From positions 16,001 through 80,000 of the forward strand of contig JACPTE010000024.1 of NCBI GenBank assembly GCA_016192945.1: a stretch of DNA of 64,000 bases. Direction: 5' to 3'. Position 1 is the first letter of the stretch. Each line of letters begins with the position of its first letter. A program made the translations under genes and the position numbers. The notes under the pieces are model-generated. The model saw only the letters and a list, made by a program, of their open reading frames with translations, was not told the DNA's origin and made no database searches. This document shows positions 9,452 through 20,071 of this stretch, piece by piece. Origin of the DNA: Candidatus Woesearchaeota archaeon (GTDB lineage Archaea; Nanobdellota; Nanobdellia; Woesearchaeales; UBA10216).

Positions 9452-10827
9452 AGCCTTTCCTCCCAGTGCCTGCATATGCTTTCTGTTTTTGATGCTGCTA
9501 TCCCTGTGTAGGAAGACGGCTCTTTTAGGATGCTGATTTGCTGCTCAGTCATCTTTTTTATGTAAGGCTCTGCTTCCCTGTCGCTGAAAAGCAGCTCTGC
9601 AATGCTTTTTCCTGATGTGTGTGCTTTCAGGGTGAGCTTCCGGACATATTCGTGGGCGTCAGGATGCCCGCTGGCTGCGAGGAGTATGTATGCCGGCTCT
9701 GCAGATATCATGCCCTTGTTTTTTTCAAGATTCTTTGTGAGGCTGCCTGCATCAACTGTTATTTTTGACATTATCCTGTTGAGCCTGTTTGCTGATAGCG
9801 TGAGCCCGGCTATTATTTCAGTGGCGAACCTTGAGCTGGCAGAGTTTGTGAGGTCCCTCTGGTGCTCTGAAATCTGGTCCATGTAAAGGGTTGTCATTCT
9901 CGGCATGAAGGCTTTCCACATTGACTTTACGTTCTCAAAGTTTATCGGGTTCCTCTTGTGGGGCATTGTGCTGGAGCCAACCTGGGCCTGCTCAAACGCC
10001 TCTGCTACTTCAGAGATTTCTGACCTCTGGAGGTGCCTCATGTCATCAGCAAGGTTTGCCAGGACTCCGAATGCAGAAACAGCAGCATGGATGTAATCTG
10101 TCACGAATTCAGGCTCAACTATCTGGGTTGAGTGTGTTGCCGGCTTTAGCCCGAGCTTTGAGAGGTAGTCTATCTCAAGCTTTTCAGGCTCCCTGAAGAA
10201 AAGCGATGATGCATTGTAGTTCCCTACTGCGCCGGACAGCTTCCCCCTAAGATTAGACGCCGCCTCTTTTATGGCGATTATCCTCCCTCCAAGCCTGCTC
10301 ACGTATTCAGCTATTGCAAACCCGAATGTTATGGGCTCTGCGTGCTGGCCGTGTGTCCTTCCTATCTGGAGCGTGTTTTTTTCCCTTCTTGCAAGCTCTA
10401 TGAGGGTTTTTTCAAGGTTTAGCAGCTGCGGGATTATGAGATTGCTTGCAGCGTCCTTAAGCCTCGCTGCCTCAGCAGTCCCTATTATGTCTGATGATGT
10501 GGCTGTGAAGTGCACATATGGCTTTGCCTTGTCAGAAACCCTTGACCTGATGCAATTGACAAGGGCCCGGATATCGTGCTTGATTCTTTCCTCTTCCTTG
10601 TATACATCCTCTGCTGTGACTTTCCTGCACGCCTCAGATACTTCCTGCACCACTTCCTTGCTGCACACCCTGTTTTCAGCGAGTGCCTCAACAAGCTTTT
10701 CCTCTGCAATGAGGAGGTATCTGATTGATGCTTTTTCTGAGAGGTATTTGTTTATTTCGCTGTAAAGCTCCCTGTTTCCTGCATAATACCTGTAGTCCAG
10801 CGGGCTTATTGAGTCAAACCTGTCCAT
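9436..10827 (-). CDS. purB: Adenylosuccinate lyase
   Basis: SPLDYRY, GRTHGQHA, GSSTMPHKRNP signature. Confidence 0.96.
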   Translation of the reverse strand: MDRFDSISPLDYRYYAGNRELYSEINKYLSEKASIRYLLIAEEKLVEALAENRVCSKEVVQEVSEACRKVTAEDVYKEEERIKHDIRALVNCIRSRVSDKAKPYVHFTATSSDIIGTAEAARLKDAASNLIIPQLLNLEKTLIELARREKNTLQIGRTHGQHAEPITFGFAIAEYVSRLGGRIIAIKEAASNLRGKLSGAVGNYNASSLFFREPEKLEIDYLSKLGLKPATHSTQIVEPEFVTDYIHAAVSAFGVLANLADDMRHLQRSEISEVAEAFEQAQVGSSTMPHKRNPINFENVKSMWKAFMPRMTTLYMDQISEHQRDLTNSASSRFATEIIAGLTLSANRLNRIMSKITVDAGSLTKNLEKNKGMISAEPAYILLAASGHPDAHEYVRKLTLKAHTSGKSIAELLFSDREAEPYIKKMTEQQISILKEPSSYTGIAASKTESICRHWEERLWPQG

Positions 10828-11798
10828 CAGATATACCCCCTTCTTGCGAGGTTTTTCCTGATTCTTTCTGTTGCGTCTCCTGGAACTGCATTGAGCTTGC
10901 TCCCTGTTACCTGCTCATAAGCTGTTATGTACCTGTTTGCTGCCTCAATCCTCACTTCATCAGGTATCTCAGGCATTGTTCCCTGCCCCAGGTATCCTTG
11001 GTCTGCCAGCCACTTCCTTACGTATTCCTTGTCTATCCTTCTCTGCTCAAGGCCTTTTTCAAAAAGCCCGTGGTAGCTGTCCTTGTACCAGAATCTTGAG
11101 CTGTCAGGCGTGTGCATCTCGTCAATGAGCATTATCTCACCGCCTTCATCCCTTCCGAACTCGTATTTTGTGTCCACAAGGATTATGTTGTTTTGGGCGG
11201 CGATTCTTGTTCCCAGCTCAAAGAGCTTGAGGCTTGTCTCTGAAACCGCGTCAAACTCATCCCTGTCCATGAGCCCCCTTTTTATTACCTCATTTCCTGA
11301 TACAGACTCGTCATGCCCTCCCTTCTCTGCCTTTGTTGAGGGCGTTACAATTGGCATTTCAAGCTTTTGGTCTTTCTTGAGCCCGTCAGGAAGCCTGTGC
11401 CCGCAGAACTCCCTCGCGCCCCTGCTGTAGCTGTACCAGATTGATGTTGTGGTGACTCCTGTAAGGTATCCGCGAACAACAAACTCCACAGGTATTGGAG
11501 TGCAGTTCCTGGCAACTGTTACATTCGGGTCTGGGATTTCTATGACATGGTTCGGCGCGATGCTCTTTGTCTTGCTGAACCAGAATTCCGACATCTGGTT
11601 CAGCACCTGGCCTTTGAAAGGCAGGGTGCACAGCACAACATCAAATGCAGAGAGCCTGTCTGTTGTGACTATTATTCTTTTATCGCCAACTATGTAGTTG
11701 TCCCTTACCTTTCCCCTGTAAACCTCGCAATCATCTAAGGCAAAATCAGTCTTTTCCAGGACAAGCCTAAGCTGCTTCCTGATTGTATCGGTGTCCAT
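10827..11798 (-). CDS. purC: SAICAR synthetase
   Basis: YRGKVRD, TDRLSAFD, VDTKYEFG, DEMHTPDSSRFW. Confidence 0.96.
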   Translation of the reverse strand: MDTDTIRKQLRLVLEKTDFALDDCEVYRGKVRDNYIVGDKRIIVTTDRLSAFDVVLCTLPFKGQVLNQMSEFWFSKTKSIAPNHVIEIPDPNVTVARNCTPIPVEFVVRGYLTGVTTTSIWYSYSRGAREFCGHRLPDGLKKDQKLEMPIVTPSTKAEKGGHDESVSGNEVIKRGLMDRDEFDAVSETSLKLFELGTRIAAQNNIILVDTKYEFGRDEGGEIMLIDEMHTPDSSRFWYKDSYHGLFEKGLEQRRIDKEYVRKWLADQGYLGQGTMPEIPDEVRIEAANRYITAYEQVTGSKLNAVPGDATERIRKNLARRGYI

Positions 11799-11803
11799 GC
11801 TTC

Positions 11804-12445
11804 TCAGAGCTCCTTAAGCATACTTAATTTTATTTCCATGATGCTGTTTACAACAATGTCTGCAATTGCCAGCTCATCTGGCTTGTGGGTGGTGGCAACG
11901 GCTATGCATTTCATGCCAGCGTTCCTTGCAGCCTGGATGCCGTGCTTTGAGTCTTCAACTATGACGCACTCATCTGGCTTGGCATTGAGCTTCTCAGCAG
12001 CTTTTATGAAGACTTCGGGGTCAGGCTTGCCTTTTTTAGTGTCTGCCGCTGTTACAACTGCATCAAAAAAGTTCCCTAGCGAAAGCTTGCCAAGTATGAG
12101 GTCAGCATTCCCTTGTGTGGCGGCAGTTGCAAGCGCTACTTTATATCCGAGAGATTTTATTTTGTGAAGAAGTTCCACAGAGCCATTGATTGGCTTAAGG
12201 TCGCGTCTTACAGACTCCCTGAAATAACTATCTTTTTCCAGCGCCAATTCCTTGAGCTTTTCTTCGTCATCAATCCCGAGAAAATGCCTGAGGGTGACCC
12301 TTGGCTGTATTCCGAACCACTTCTTGTAAACATCCGCTGTGATGGTTTTCCCATGCCTTTCAAGAACTTTCTTATAGGCTGCAAAATGCAGGGGTTCAGA
12401 ATCTATGATGACGCCATCCATGTCAAAGATTACTGCCTTGATCAT
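11804..12445 (-). CDS. HAD-family phosphatase (beta-PGM/CbbY-like)
   Basis: FDMDGVIIDSE, KGKPDPEVF, VEDS..GIQAA. Confidence 0.9.
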   Translation of the reverse strand: MIKAVIFDMDGVIIDSEPLHFAAYKKVLERHGKTITADVYKKWFGIQPRVTLRHFLGIDDEEKLKELALEKDSYFRESVRRDLKPINGSVELLHKIKSLGYKVALATAATQGNADLILGKLSLGNFFDAVVTAADTKKGKPDPEVFIKAAEKLNAKPDECVIVEDSKHGIQAARNAGMKCIAVATTHKPDELAIADIVVNSIMEIKLSMLKEL

Positions 12446-13206
12446 TTTTTGCTTTCCTCTTTGTCTGCATTGATGACAGCTGCAGCAATTTCCTTTCTGT
12501 AATCAGCAAGCGCCTTATTATTTCCAACGATTTCTGCGGCTGCAACAGCAGCATTGTCTGCCCTGTTAAGGCTGACCCAGATTCCATTTTTTATGCTTGC
12601 AAGCTTCAAGGCATCTTTAGCACTTGTGTTTTCCTTCACAGGGCAGTTTATTGTCAGGCCATTTGGCTTTCCAACCTTTCCTGCGCCGGCAATGCTGACA
12701 AACCTTATGTTAATGCAGTCGTCCTGCAGGATATAGGAAAGCTCGTACTGGACATTGAGCCTCTTTAGCATGTCTGCTGACCTTTCTGCGTAAGGGCTTT
12801 TTACCAGGACAGAAACTTTTTTCCAGCCTTTCGCAATCAATGCGGCAGCATCAGCAGCCTCTTCCGCAGCATCAATGCCGACAGACAGAACAGGAATGCC
12901 TGGGGGCATCTGAAGGGTTGAAAGAAGCGCATCCAGGCCGTTGAAGTTGTCGCTGCATGGCACGCCGATGACAGGCGTCATAGTCCTTGCAGCAATTGCG
13001 CCGGCAAGGTGCGCAGCCATTCCAGCGCCCGCAATTATAGCAGATGGTTTGGAGCCATTAAGGATTTCGTCAAGCTTGCCAGGGCTCTTGTGAGCCGAGC
13101 ATATCCTCAATTCAAAAGGGGCGTTAAGTTCCTTAAGCCTTGAAACAACCCTGTCGTAAACTGCCTTGTTGCTCTTGCTTGCAAAAATGACAAGTACGGT
13201 TCCCAT
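12442..13206 (-). CDS. purE: AIR carboxylase/N5-CAIR mutase with C-terminal extension
   Basis: SAHK, AGAGMAAHL, PVIGVP, GLDALLSTLQMPPGIPV; 254 aa. Confidence 0.88.
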   Translation of the reverse strand: MGTVLVIFASKSNKAVYDRVVSRLKELNAPFELRICSAHKSPGKLDEILNGSKPSAIIAGAGMAAHLAGAIAARTMTPVIGVPCSDNFNGLDALLSTLQMPPGIPVLSVGIDAAEEAADAAALIAKGWKKVSVLVKSPYAERSADMLKRLNVQYELSYILQDDCINIRFVSIAGAGKVGKPNGLTINCPVKENTSAKDALKLASIKNGIWVSLNRADNAAVAAAEIVGNNKALADYRKEIAAAVINADKEESKK

Positions 13207-13246
13207 GTGTATAGGTAAAGCCGTTTATTTTTAAATTGAACTGTTT

Positions 13247-14014
13247 TCACGCCAGCATAGCCTTTGCGTGATTTACGATGTTCCTGTATAATGCAAGGCC
13301 CTGCCCCTCCTCAGGAAGCTGCTCGCGGCTCCATCTCGGATGCTGGTTTCGGATAACGTATTTTTCAGGGTGTGGCATCATCCCAAAGACATTGCCCTTG
13401 ATATTCGTTACTGCAGCTATGTTCCGCATTGCCCCGTTTGGGTTTTCAGGATAGCCCCTTGTATCATTCAGCAGCCTGTCGCAGTACCTGAACGATACCT
13501 GGCCGTTCCTTTCAAGCCTGGCGAGGTCTGCCTCTGAGGCAACAAACTTTCCCTCGCCGTGGTTTACAGGGACATGCATGCTTTTGATGCCCCGCGTGAA
13601 TATGTTGTCAGCAGCAGGCTTGATGTAAATCCACCTGTCCTCAAAGTGGCCTGAGTCGTTGCCTGTTAGTGTGGCTTCGCAGTTTCCAGGAAGAAATCCT
13701 GTCTTCACCAGCACCTGGAACCCGTTGCATATTCCTATAAGCAGTTTTCCATCCTTGACAAATTTTTGGAAGTCAGATTTCAGCGAATGGCTGATTTGGG
13801 CTGCCATTATCTTTCCAGCGCCTAAATCGTCGCCATAGCTGAACCCGCCTGGAATGACAGCTATATGGAAGCTGTCCAGGCTTGTCCTGCCTTCTATGAG
13901 GTCATTGATATGGGCCTGCCTGGTCTCAGCCCCTGCCAGTTTTAATGCGTGCTCAGTCTCGTTGTTGCAGTTCAGCCCTGAGCCCCTCAGCACCAGTGCA
14001 TTTGGAACAGCCAT
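13247..14014 (-). CDS. purQ: FGAM synthase glutaminase subunit
   Basis: PGGFSYGD, GICNGFQ, NHGEG, GMMPHPE. Confidence 0.96.
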   Translation of the reverse strand: MAVPNALVLRGSGLNCNNETEHALKLAGAETRQAHINDLIEGRTSLDSFHIAVIPGGFSYGDDLGAGKIMAAQISHSLKSDFQKFVKDGKLLIGICNGFQVLVKTGFLPGNCEATLTGNDSGHFEDRWIYIKPAADNIFTRGIKSMHVPVNHGEGKFVASEADLARLERNGQVSFRYCDRLLNDTRGYPENPNGAMRNIAAVTNIKGNVFGMMPHPEKYVIRNQHPRWSREQLPEEGQGLALYRNIVNHAKAMLA

Positions 14015-14015
14015 T

Positions 14016-16853
14016 TTACCACCTGAATGTTTGCTGCCATGAGTCTTTCAGCTCGGAAATCCTGGCAGATATTGCTATTTCCCCATCAAGCCCTTTTACA
14101 GAGAAGAGCCTGTCATCTGAAAGCTCGCCAACCCTTGCTGTGGGGGCTGGTTTCATTGCAGACTCAAATTCCTTTTCCCTTCCCTTCTCAACCTCTGCAA
14201 TGAATCTCGTGTTGGATTCTGAGAACAGGAGCTTGTAGTTTTTCTTGTCGCCCTCGTATGGGACTGCAGCAAGGCTGAGTTTCATTCCGAGGTCGCCTGA
14301 AAATGCCATCTCTGCTGCTGCCACAGCGATTCCGCCCTCTGAGCAGTCGTGGCAGCTTCTTACCAGCCCCTTGCTGATTGCTGAGCTCATTTTCTCAAAC
14401 ACAATGGGGGCTGAGTCCCTTACTCTCGGAACATTGGCTCCGGTCTCGTTTTTAAGGCCGTAAAAATAGCTTCCCCCAAGCTCGTCATAGGTAGCTCCAA
14501 CAATGTAGATGCTGTTGCCTGCCTTCTTGGCATCCATTGATACTGTCTTCCTTATGTCGTCAGTTACGCTTACTGCTGAGATGAGAAGCGTGTCAGGGAT
14601 GGTTATTGTCTTTCTCTCTATGTTGAATGCGTTGTTCAGGCTGTCCTTGCCTGATATGTACGGGAGTTCAAGCATTACTGCGAATTCCCTGCATGCCTTT
14701 GCAGCCCTTGTGAGCCTGCCCATGCTCTCCTCGCTGGAGACCCCGCCCCAGCAGAAGTTGTCCAGGATTGCCGTGTGGGCTGGGTTGCCTCCGGCTGCGA
14801 CTGCATTTCTTAATGCCTCGTCTATTGCTGAGGCTGCCATCCAGTATGGGTCTATCAGGCTGTATCTCGGGTTTATTCCGTTTGAGACTACGATGCCCCT
14901 CCACGAGTCAAACAGGGGCTTGATGACTGCTGCGTCGCTTGGCCCGTCGTTGAATGCCCCGACAAGGGGCTTCAGTATTGTGGCTGCCTGGACTTCGTGG
15001 TCATACTGCCTTATTACCCATTCCTTGCTGGCTATTGATGGGTGTGAAAGGATGCTTTTTAGTGCGGGAGTATAGTCTTTTTCCTCCCTGAAATCAGGCT
15101 CTTTCAGCATTGGCGTTTTCCATACTGCCTTCCTGCTGCGCTTAGGCAGGCCCTGGTGCAGGAATTCCATGTCCAGGTCAATAACCCTCTTGGTTCCGTA
15201 GTAAACCTCCAGCCTCTTGTTTCCTGTAAACTCTCCGATGATAGTTGCCTCAGTTCCCTCTTTTCTGCATATCCTGATGAACTCGTCAACATTCCCTGTT
15301 GGGACAGAGAAAACCATTCTCTCCTGGGATTCTGAAACCCAAATCTCCCAGGGGACCATTGCCTGGTGCTTGAGTGGAACCCTGTCCAGGAAAACACGAA
15401 CTCCTGTGTCTTTTGCCATTTCGCCTATGGCAGAGCTGAATCCCCCTCCGCCGCAGTCAGACACGAATGTGTAAAGCCCCTTGTCTCTTGCTTCAAGCAT
15501 GGCGTCCATGAATTTTTTTTCCTCTATGGCGTTTCCAATCTGGACTGCGCTGCTTGGCGAGTCCTCGTCAAGCTCGGCTGAGCTGAATGTGGCTCCGTGA
15601 ATCCCATCCCGCCCAGTCCTCCCTCCAATAACAACTAAAAGCTCTCCCTCGGAAATCCTTTTTTTCTCCATTCCGTCAGGGATTATGCCTGCTGTGCCGC
15701 AGTAGACCAGGGGTGCTCCAAGGTAGTTGTCATGGAATATAATAGCGCCGTTGACTGTTGGTATGCCCATCCTGTTGCCGTAATCACGGACAGCGTTGAC
15801 AACGCCCTTCATTATTCTCTTCGGATGCAGGATTTTCTCAGGGATTTTGCCCTTGTAGTTGGGTGGTGCGAAGCAGAAAACATCTGTATTGAAAATTGGC
15901 TTTGCTCCCAGGCCTGCTGCCAGGATGTCTCTTATGACTCCTCCTATTCCGGTTCCTGCGCCTCCGTAGGGGTCCAGGGCTGATGGGTGGTTGTGGGTTT
16001 CCACCTTGAACGCTACATTCACGTTATCAGTGAACCTTATGATGCCTGCATTGTCGCTGAAGACAGACACGAGCCAGTCCTTATTTAATGATTCTGTTGC
16101 TGCTACTATTGTTTCCTTGAACAGGTTCCTGATGAGCTGCCTTTTTCCATCTTCAAGGTATTCCACTTCAGAGTTGAATGTCTTGTGCTTGCAGTGCTCG
16201 CTCCATGTCTGCGCAATGGTCTCAAGCTCGCCGTCAGTGGGGTTGCGCTTTATCTCCCTGAAATAGTCCCTTATTGTCTTCATTTCCTCAATGTTCAGGG
16301 ACAGCAGCCCCTCCCTGCTAATTCTCATAAGCTCAGTTTCGTCAGCATCTGCCAGGTCTATGGTTTCAACCCTTGGCTCAACTGAGTGCCCTGATAAAGG
16401 TGCTGTTTTTGTAGCTGAGGTTTCATATCCAACAGTGCAGTCCTGGATTATCTCGTTTGAAAGGAACTTTCCAATCCTTCCTGCATCCGGCTCGCCTATT
16501 CCCTCAACGATTACCTTCTGGGAGGTTTTGACTGAGCCTGCATCAATTCCTATGCCTGCTATCGCCTCCATTGCGCTGAGCTCAACAGGGTCCTGGACTC
16601 CCCTCCTGTATGCGATTTCAATTATCCAGCATCCCTTGAAGCCCTTGTTGCCGATGAAATGCTCCTGCACCAGCCTTTCAGTGAGCAGCTCTTCAGCTAT
16701 TGCCTTTGCCTGGTTTTCGTCAACGCCCTCAATGGTGTAAACATCAGCAACAGAAACCATTTTGCAGGATATTCCCAGGTCTTCTGAAAGGGCATTCTTC
16801 AGGGATTCCCCCCTTAAGTCTTTTCCTTTTGGGTAAATCTCAATCCTCGGCAT
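14016..16853 (-). CDS. purL: FGAM synthase with fused N-terminal PurS-like domains
   Basis: QTWSEHCKH, KVETHNHPS, SESQER, QYDHEV; about 150-aa N-terminal region with PurS-like D-P pattern (GVQDPV). Confidence 0.95.
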   Translation of the reverse strand: MPRIEIYPKGKDLRGESLKNALSEDLGISCKMVSVADVYTIEGVDENQAKAIAEELLTERLVQEHFIGNKGFKGCWIIEIAYRRGVQDPVELSAMEAIAGIGIDAGSVKTSQKVIVEGIGEPDAGRIGKFLSNEIIQDCTVGYETSATKTAPLSGHSVEPRVETIDLADADETELMRISREGLLSLNIEEMKTIRDYFREIKRNPTDGELETIAQTWSEHCKHKTFNSEVEYLEDGKRQLIRNLFKETIVAATESLNKDWLVSVFSDNAGIIRFTDNVNVAFKVETHNHPSALDPYGGAGTGIGGVIRDILAAGLGAKPIFNTDVFCFAPPNYKGKIPEKILHPKRIMKGVVNAVRDYGNRMGIPTVNGAIIFHDNYLGAPLVYCGTAGIIPDGMEKKRISEGELLVVIGGRTGRDGIHGATFSSAELDEDSPSSAVQIGNAIEEKKFMDAMLEARDKGLYTFVSDCGGGGFSSAIGEMAKDTGVRVFLDRVPLKHQAMVPWEIWVSESQERMVFSVPTGNVDEFIRICRKEGTEATIIGEFTGNKRLEVYYGTKRVIDLDMEFLHQGLPKRSRKAVWKTPMLKEPDFREEKDYTPALKSILSHPSIASKEWVIRQYDHEVQAATILKPLVGAFNDGPSDAAVIKPLFDSWRGIVVSNGINPRYSLIDPYWMAASAIDEALRNAVAAGGNPAHTAILDNFCWGGVSSEESMGRLTRAAKACREFAVMLELPYISGKDSLNNAFNIERKTITIPDTLLISAVSVTDDIRKTVSMDAKKAGNSIYIVGATYDELGGSYFYGLKNETGANVPRVRDSAPIVFEKMSSAISKGLVRSCHDCSEGGIAVAAAEMAFSGDLGMKLSLAAVPYEGDKKNYKLLFSESNTRFIAEVEKGREKEFESAMKPAPTARVGELSDDRLFSVKGLDGEIAISARISELKDSWQQTFRW

Positions 16854-17868
16854 ATTTTACTCCATTCCCACTTGCTGTCTCTCCTATTATCCATGCCTTC
16901 TCTTTCATCTGCCTTAATTTTGCCAGCATTCCTGCTGCATCGCGCTTGTCAACCGCCAGTATGATTCCTATGCCCATGTTGAATGTGCGCATCATGTCGC
17001 TGTCAGGTATGCCCCCCTTCTTCTGCAATAGCCTGAATATCGGCGGAACTTCCCAGTTCTTGGTTATTATCTTTGCCCCGACTCCCTCAGGCAGTATCCT
17101 TGGGAGGTTGTCTGTTATTCCTCCTCCTGTTATGTGTGCAATTCCCTTTATTATAAATTTTTTTTCAAGCCCAAGGAACATGCCCACATATTCCCTGTGC
17201 GGCTCAAGCAATGCCTCTCCTATTGTTGAGTTAAGCTCTTTAATGTAATCTCCTGGTTTGTAGCCTGCCATCTCAAACAGCACTTTTCTTGCCAGGGAGT
17301 AGCCGTTAGTGTGAAGTCCTGTTGATGCCACTCCTATCAGGGCGTCCCCCTCAGCTATCCTGGAGCCGTCAATTATTTCAGACTCCTCAACCAGCCCGCC
17401 TATGACCCCCGCAATGTCATTCTCGCCCTTTACATAAACGCCTGGCATCTGGGCTGTTTCGCCTCCTGCGAGGGTTATGCCGAGCTTTTTGCAGGCCTCT
17501 GCAACGCCCTTCACAATTTCAGGGGCAATATCCTGGTCTATCTTCCCGCTTGCTATGTAGTCCAGGAAAAAGAGCGGCTTTGCCCCGCTTGTGAGTATGT
17601 CATTTGCGCAGTGGTTGACAAGGTCTATCCCGACTGTGTCGTACTTGTTCATCATTCTTGCAACCATCAGCTTTGTTCCGACCCCGTCTGCGCTGAGCAT
17701 CAGCACCGGCTCCCTGTACTTGTTTAGGTTAAGCCTTATGCCCCCGCAGAAGAATCCTGGCTTGACAAATGAATCAGCAGTCAAAGTTCCCTTTACAAGC
17801 TCCTTTATCCTCGCCTTTGCCTTCTCGGCAACATCAATGTCAACGCCGGAATCCTTGTATGTTGTCAT
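16840..17868 (-). CDS. purM: AIR synthetase
   Basis: YKDSGVDI, DGVGTK, GGETAQMP, HTNGYSL, AHITGGG, FNMGIG. Confidence 0.97.
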   Translation of the reverse strand: MTTYKDSGVDIDVAEKAKARIKELVKGTLTADSFVKPGFFCGGIRLNLNKYREPVLMLSADGVGTKLMVARMMNKYDTVGIDLVNHCANDILTSGAKPLFFLDYIASGKIDQDIAPEIVKGVAEACKKLGITLAGGETAQMPGVYVKGENDIAGVIGGLVEESEIIDGSRIAEGDALIGVASTGLHTNGYSLARKVLFEMAGYKPGDYIKELNSTIGEALLEPHREYVGMFLGLEKKFIIKGIAHITGGGITDNLPRILPEGVGAKIITKNWEVPPIFRLLQKKGGIPDSDMMRTFNMGIGIILAVDKRDAAGMLAKLRQMKEKAWIIGETASGNGVKYAED

Positions 17869-18707
17869 TTTTCTCCCTCAATGTTTTTGTAGCACTGCAG
17901 GGTGTTCTCAAGCAGCATGGCAACTGTCATGGGCCCTACGCCGCCTGGGACTGGTGTTATCCAGCCTGCCTTTTCCCTTGCCTTTTCGTAGTCAACGTCT
18001 CCAATGAGCCTGCCGTTGACCTTTGTTGTGCCGACATCTATTACTGCCGATCCCTGCCTGACCATTTCTGCTGTAACAAGCCCTGGCTTTCCTGCGGCTG
18101 CAACTATTATGTCTGCCTTGAGCGTGTGCTCCCTCAAATTAGCTGTCTTGCTGTGGCAGATTGTTACTGTTGCGTTCCTGTTGAGCAGCATAAGCGCGGT
18201 TGGCTTCCCGACTATCTCGCTTCTTCCGATAATGACGGCGTTTTTTCCCTCTATTGGGATTTTATACAGCTCCAGAAGCCTTATGATGCCCTTTGGGGTG
18301 CATGGGACTGAACTTTCATTCCCTGCCAGCAACTGGCTCTTGCTATGGCTGGTGAACCCGTCAACATCCTTGCTGGCTTCTATCGCTGAAAGTATTCTGT
18401 GTTCGCTGATGTGCTTTGGCAGGGGGAGCTGGACGAGTATGGCGTGGATTGTTTTTTTGGAGTTTAAGCTTTTTATCAGCTCAGTCAGCCCGCTTTCTGT
18501 TGTTGCCTCAGGAAGGCTGTATCTCTCTGAGAGTATTCCTGTCTCCCTGCATGTCCGCTCTTTTATGTCCACGTACATTTTTGATGCAGGGTTGCTGCCG
18601 ACTATTATGGCTGCAAGCCCGGGCTTCTTTCCGAGCCTGCTTATCTCATCCCTGAGCTGGCTTCTTATCGCTTCAGCTGCTTTTTTGCCGTCAAGTATTG
18701 TTGCCAT
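17865..18707 (-). CDS. folD: Methylene-THF dehydrogenase/cyclohydrolase
   Basis: VQLPLP, KDVDG, PCTPKG, GRSEIVGKP, TPVPGGVGPMT. Confidence 0.97.
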   Translation of the reverse strand: MATILDGKKAAEAIRSQLRDEISRLGKKPGLAAIIVGSNPASKMYVDIKERTCRETGILSERYSLPEATTESGLTELIKSLNSKKTIHAILVQLPLPKHISEHRILSAIEASKDVDGFTSHSKSQLLAGNESSVPCTPKGIIRLLELYKIPIEGKNAVIIGRSEIVGKPTALMLLNRNATVTICHSKTANLREHTLKADIIVAAAGKPGLVTAEMVRQGSAVIDVGTTKVNGRLIGDVDYEKAREKAGWITPVPGGVGPMTVAMLLENTLQCYKNIEGEK

Positions 18708-18718
18708 TTTGATTGTTT

Positions 18719-20056
18719 TCAGTAAAGCTCAAACCCGGATGACAGTTTAGCCACTTCCTGCTTAATCATCCTTATTTTCTTATTTTCCTTTATCTGCTTC
18801 CTGAACTGCTCAGCAAAAGCAGCCCTTTCCTTCTCAGGCATCTCAAAGCCCTTAACTTCCTCAATGACCTCTGCGATAAAGCCTGCAATCAGCTTCATCT
18901 CAGGCTCCTTCATGCCCATTGTCGTGACTGTTGGGGTGCCAAGCCTGATTCCGCTGGGAAAGAAGGGTGATGATGGGTCTGAAGGAACTGTGTTCTTGTT
19001 GACGGTGATTCCTGCAGCATCCAGAGCGTCCTGGACCAGAACACCCTTGCCAATGCCAAAAGGTGTGAGGTCAACAAGCATAAGGTGGTTGTCAGTTCCG
19101 CCTGAGACAATCCTTATGCCTTTAGCCATCAGCGCCTCTGAAAGGGCTTTTGCGTTCTTTACTATCTGGCTTGCATAATCCCTGAACTCAGGCTGCAAGG
19201 CCTCGCCAAGAGCGACTGCAATAGCTGCTGTCTGGTGATTATGGGGCCCTCCCTGAAGGCCTGGAATGACTGCCTTGTCAATTTTTGAAGGCAGTTCAGG
19301 GTCTTTGTCAATGCCCTTTTGGGTTACCATTATCATGCCGCCCCTCGGCCCCCTGAGAGTCTTATGAGTGGTTGTAGTGACTATGTGGGCAAAGGGCACA
19401 GGGCTCTTATGAGCGCCGCCAACAACAAGCCCTGCAATGTGGGCAATGTCAGCAGCAAGATAAGCGCCAGCATCGTCAGCAATCCTTGACATTTCCGCAA
19501 ACGGAAGCTCGCGTGAATATGCAGTCGTGCTGCACCAAATCAGCTTTGGCTTATTCTCCCTGGCGAGCCTTTCAACCTCATCAATATCTATGTAGCCATC
19601 TGACTTGACATGGTAAGGGAAGCTCTTGTACAGTGTGCCTGAAAAGTTTGTCTTCCAGCCGTGGGTCAAATGCCCGCCGTCAGCGAGATTAAGCCCCATA
19701 ACTACGTCGCCAGGTTTCATCAATGCAAAATAGACAGCCTGATTCGCAGGCGAGCCTGAATGCGGCTGGACATTTGCATAAGGCACCCCAAAAGCCTTTT
19801 TCGCCCTTTCAATTGCAAGGTTCTCAATGACATCAATAAACTCATTGCCGCCATAATACCTTTTTCCAGGGTATCCTTCAGAATACTTGTCTGTGAGTAT
19901 TGAACCCAGGGCTTCCAGAACAGCCCTGCTGGTAATGTTCTCTGAGGGTATCAGCTCAAGCCCCTCCCTTCTCCTTTTCAGCTCATTCTGTATTGCTGCA
20001 TAGATTTCCGGGTCTGCTGTTTTCAAGCTGGCTTTTCTGTCCATTTGTATCACCAC
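18719..20056 (-). CDS. glyA: Serine hydroxymethyltransferase (bacterial type)
   Basis: LIPSEN, KYSEGYPGKRYYGG, TTTTHKTLRGPRGG; start may be ATG 20044. Confidence 0.97.
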   Translation of the reverse strand: MVIQMDRKASLKTADPEIYAAIQNELKRRREGLELIPSENITSRAVLEALGSILTDKYSEGYPGKRYYGGNEFIDVIENLAIERAKKAFGVPYANVQPHSGSPANQAVYFALMKPGDVVMGLNLADGGHLTHGWKTNFSGTLYKSFPYHVKSDGYIDIDEVERLARENKPKLIWCSTTAYSRELPFAEMSRIADDAGAYLAADIAHIAGLVVGGAHKSPVPFAHIVTTTTHKTLRGPRGGMIMVTQKGIDKDPELPSKIDKAVIPGLQGGPHNHQTAAIAVALGEALQPEFRDYASQIVKNAKALSEALMAKGIRIVSGGTDNHLMLVDLTPFGIGKGVLVQDALDAAGITVNKNTVPSDPSSPFFPSGIRLGTPTVTTMGMKEPEMKLIAGFIAEVIEEVKGFEMPEKERAAFAEQFRKQIKENKKIRMIKQEVAKLSSGFELY

Positions 20057-20071
20057 CGCAGGTATTCTCGT

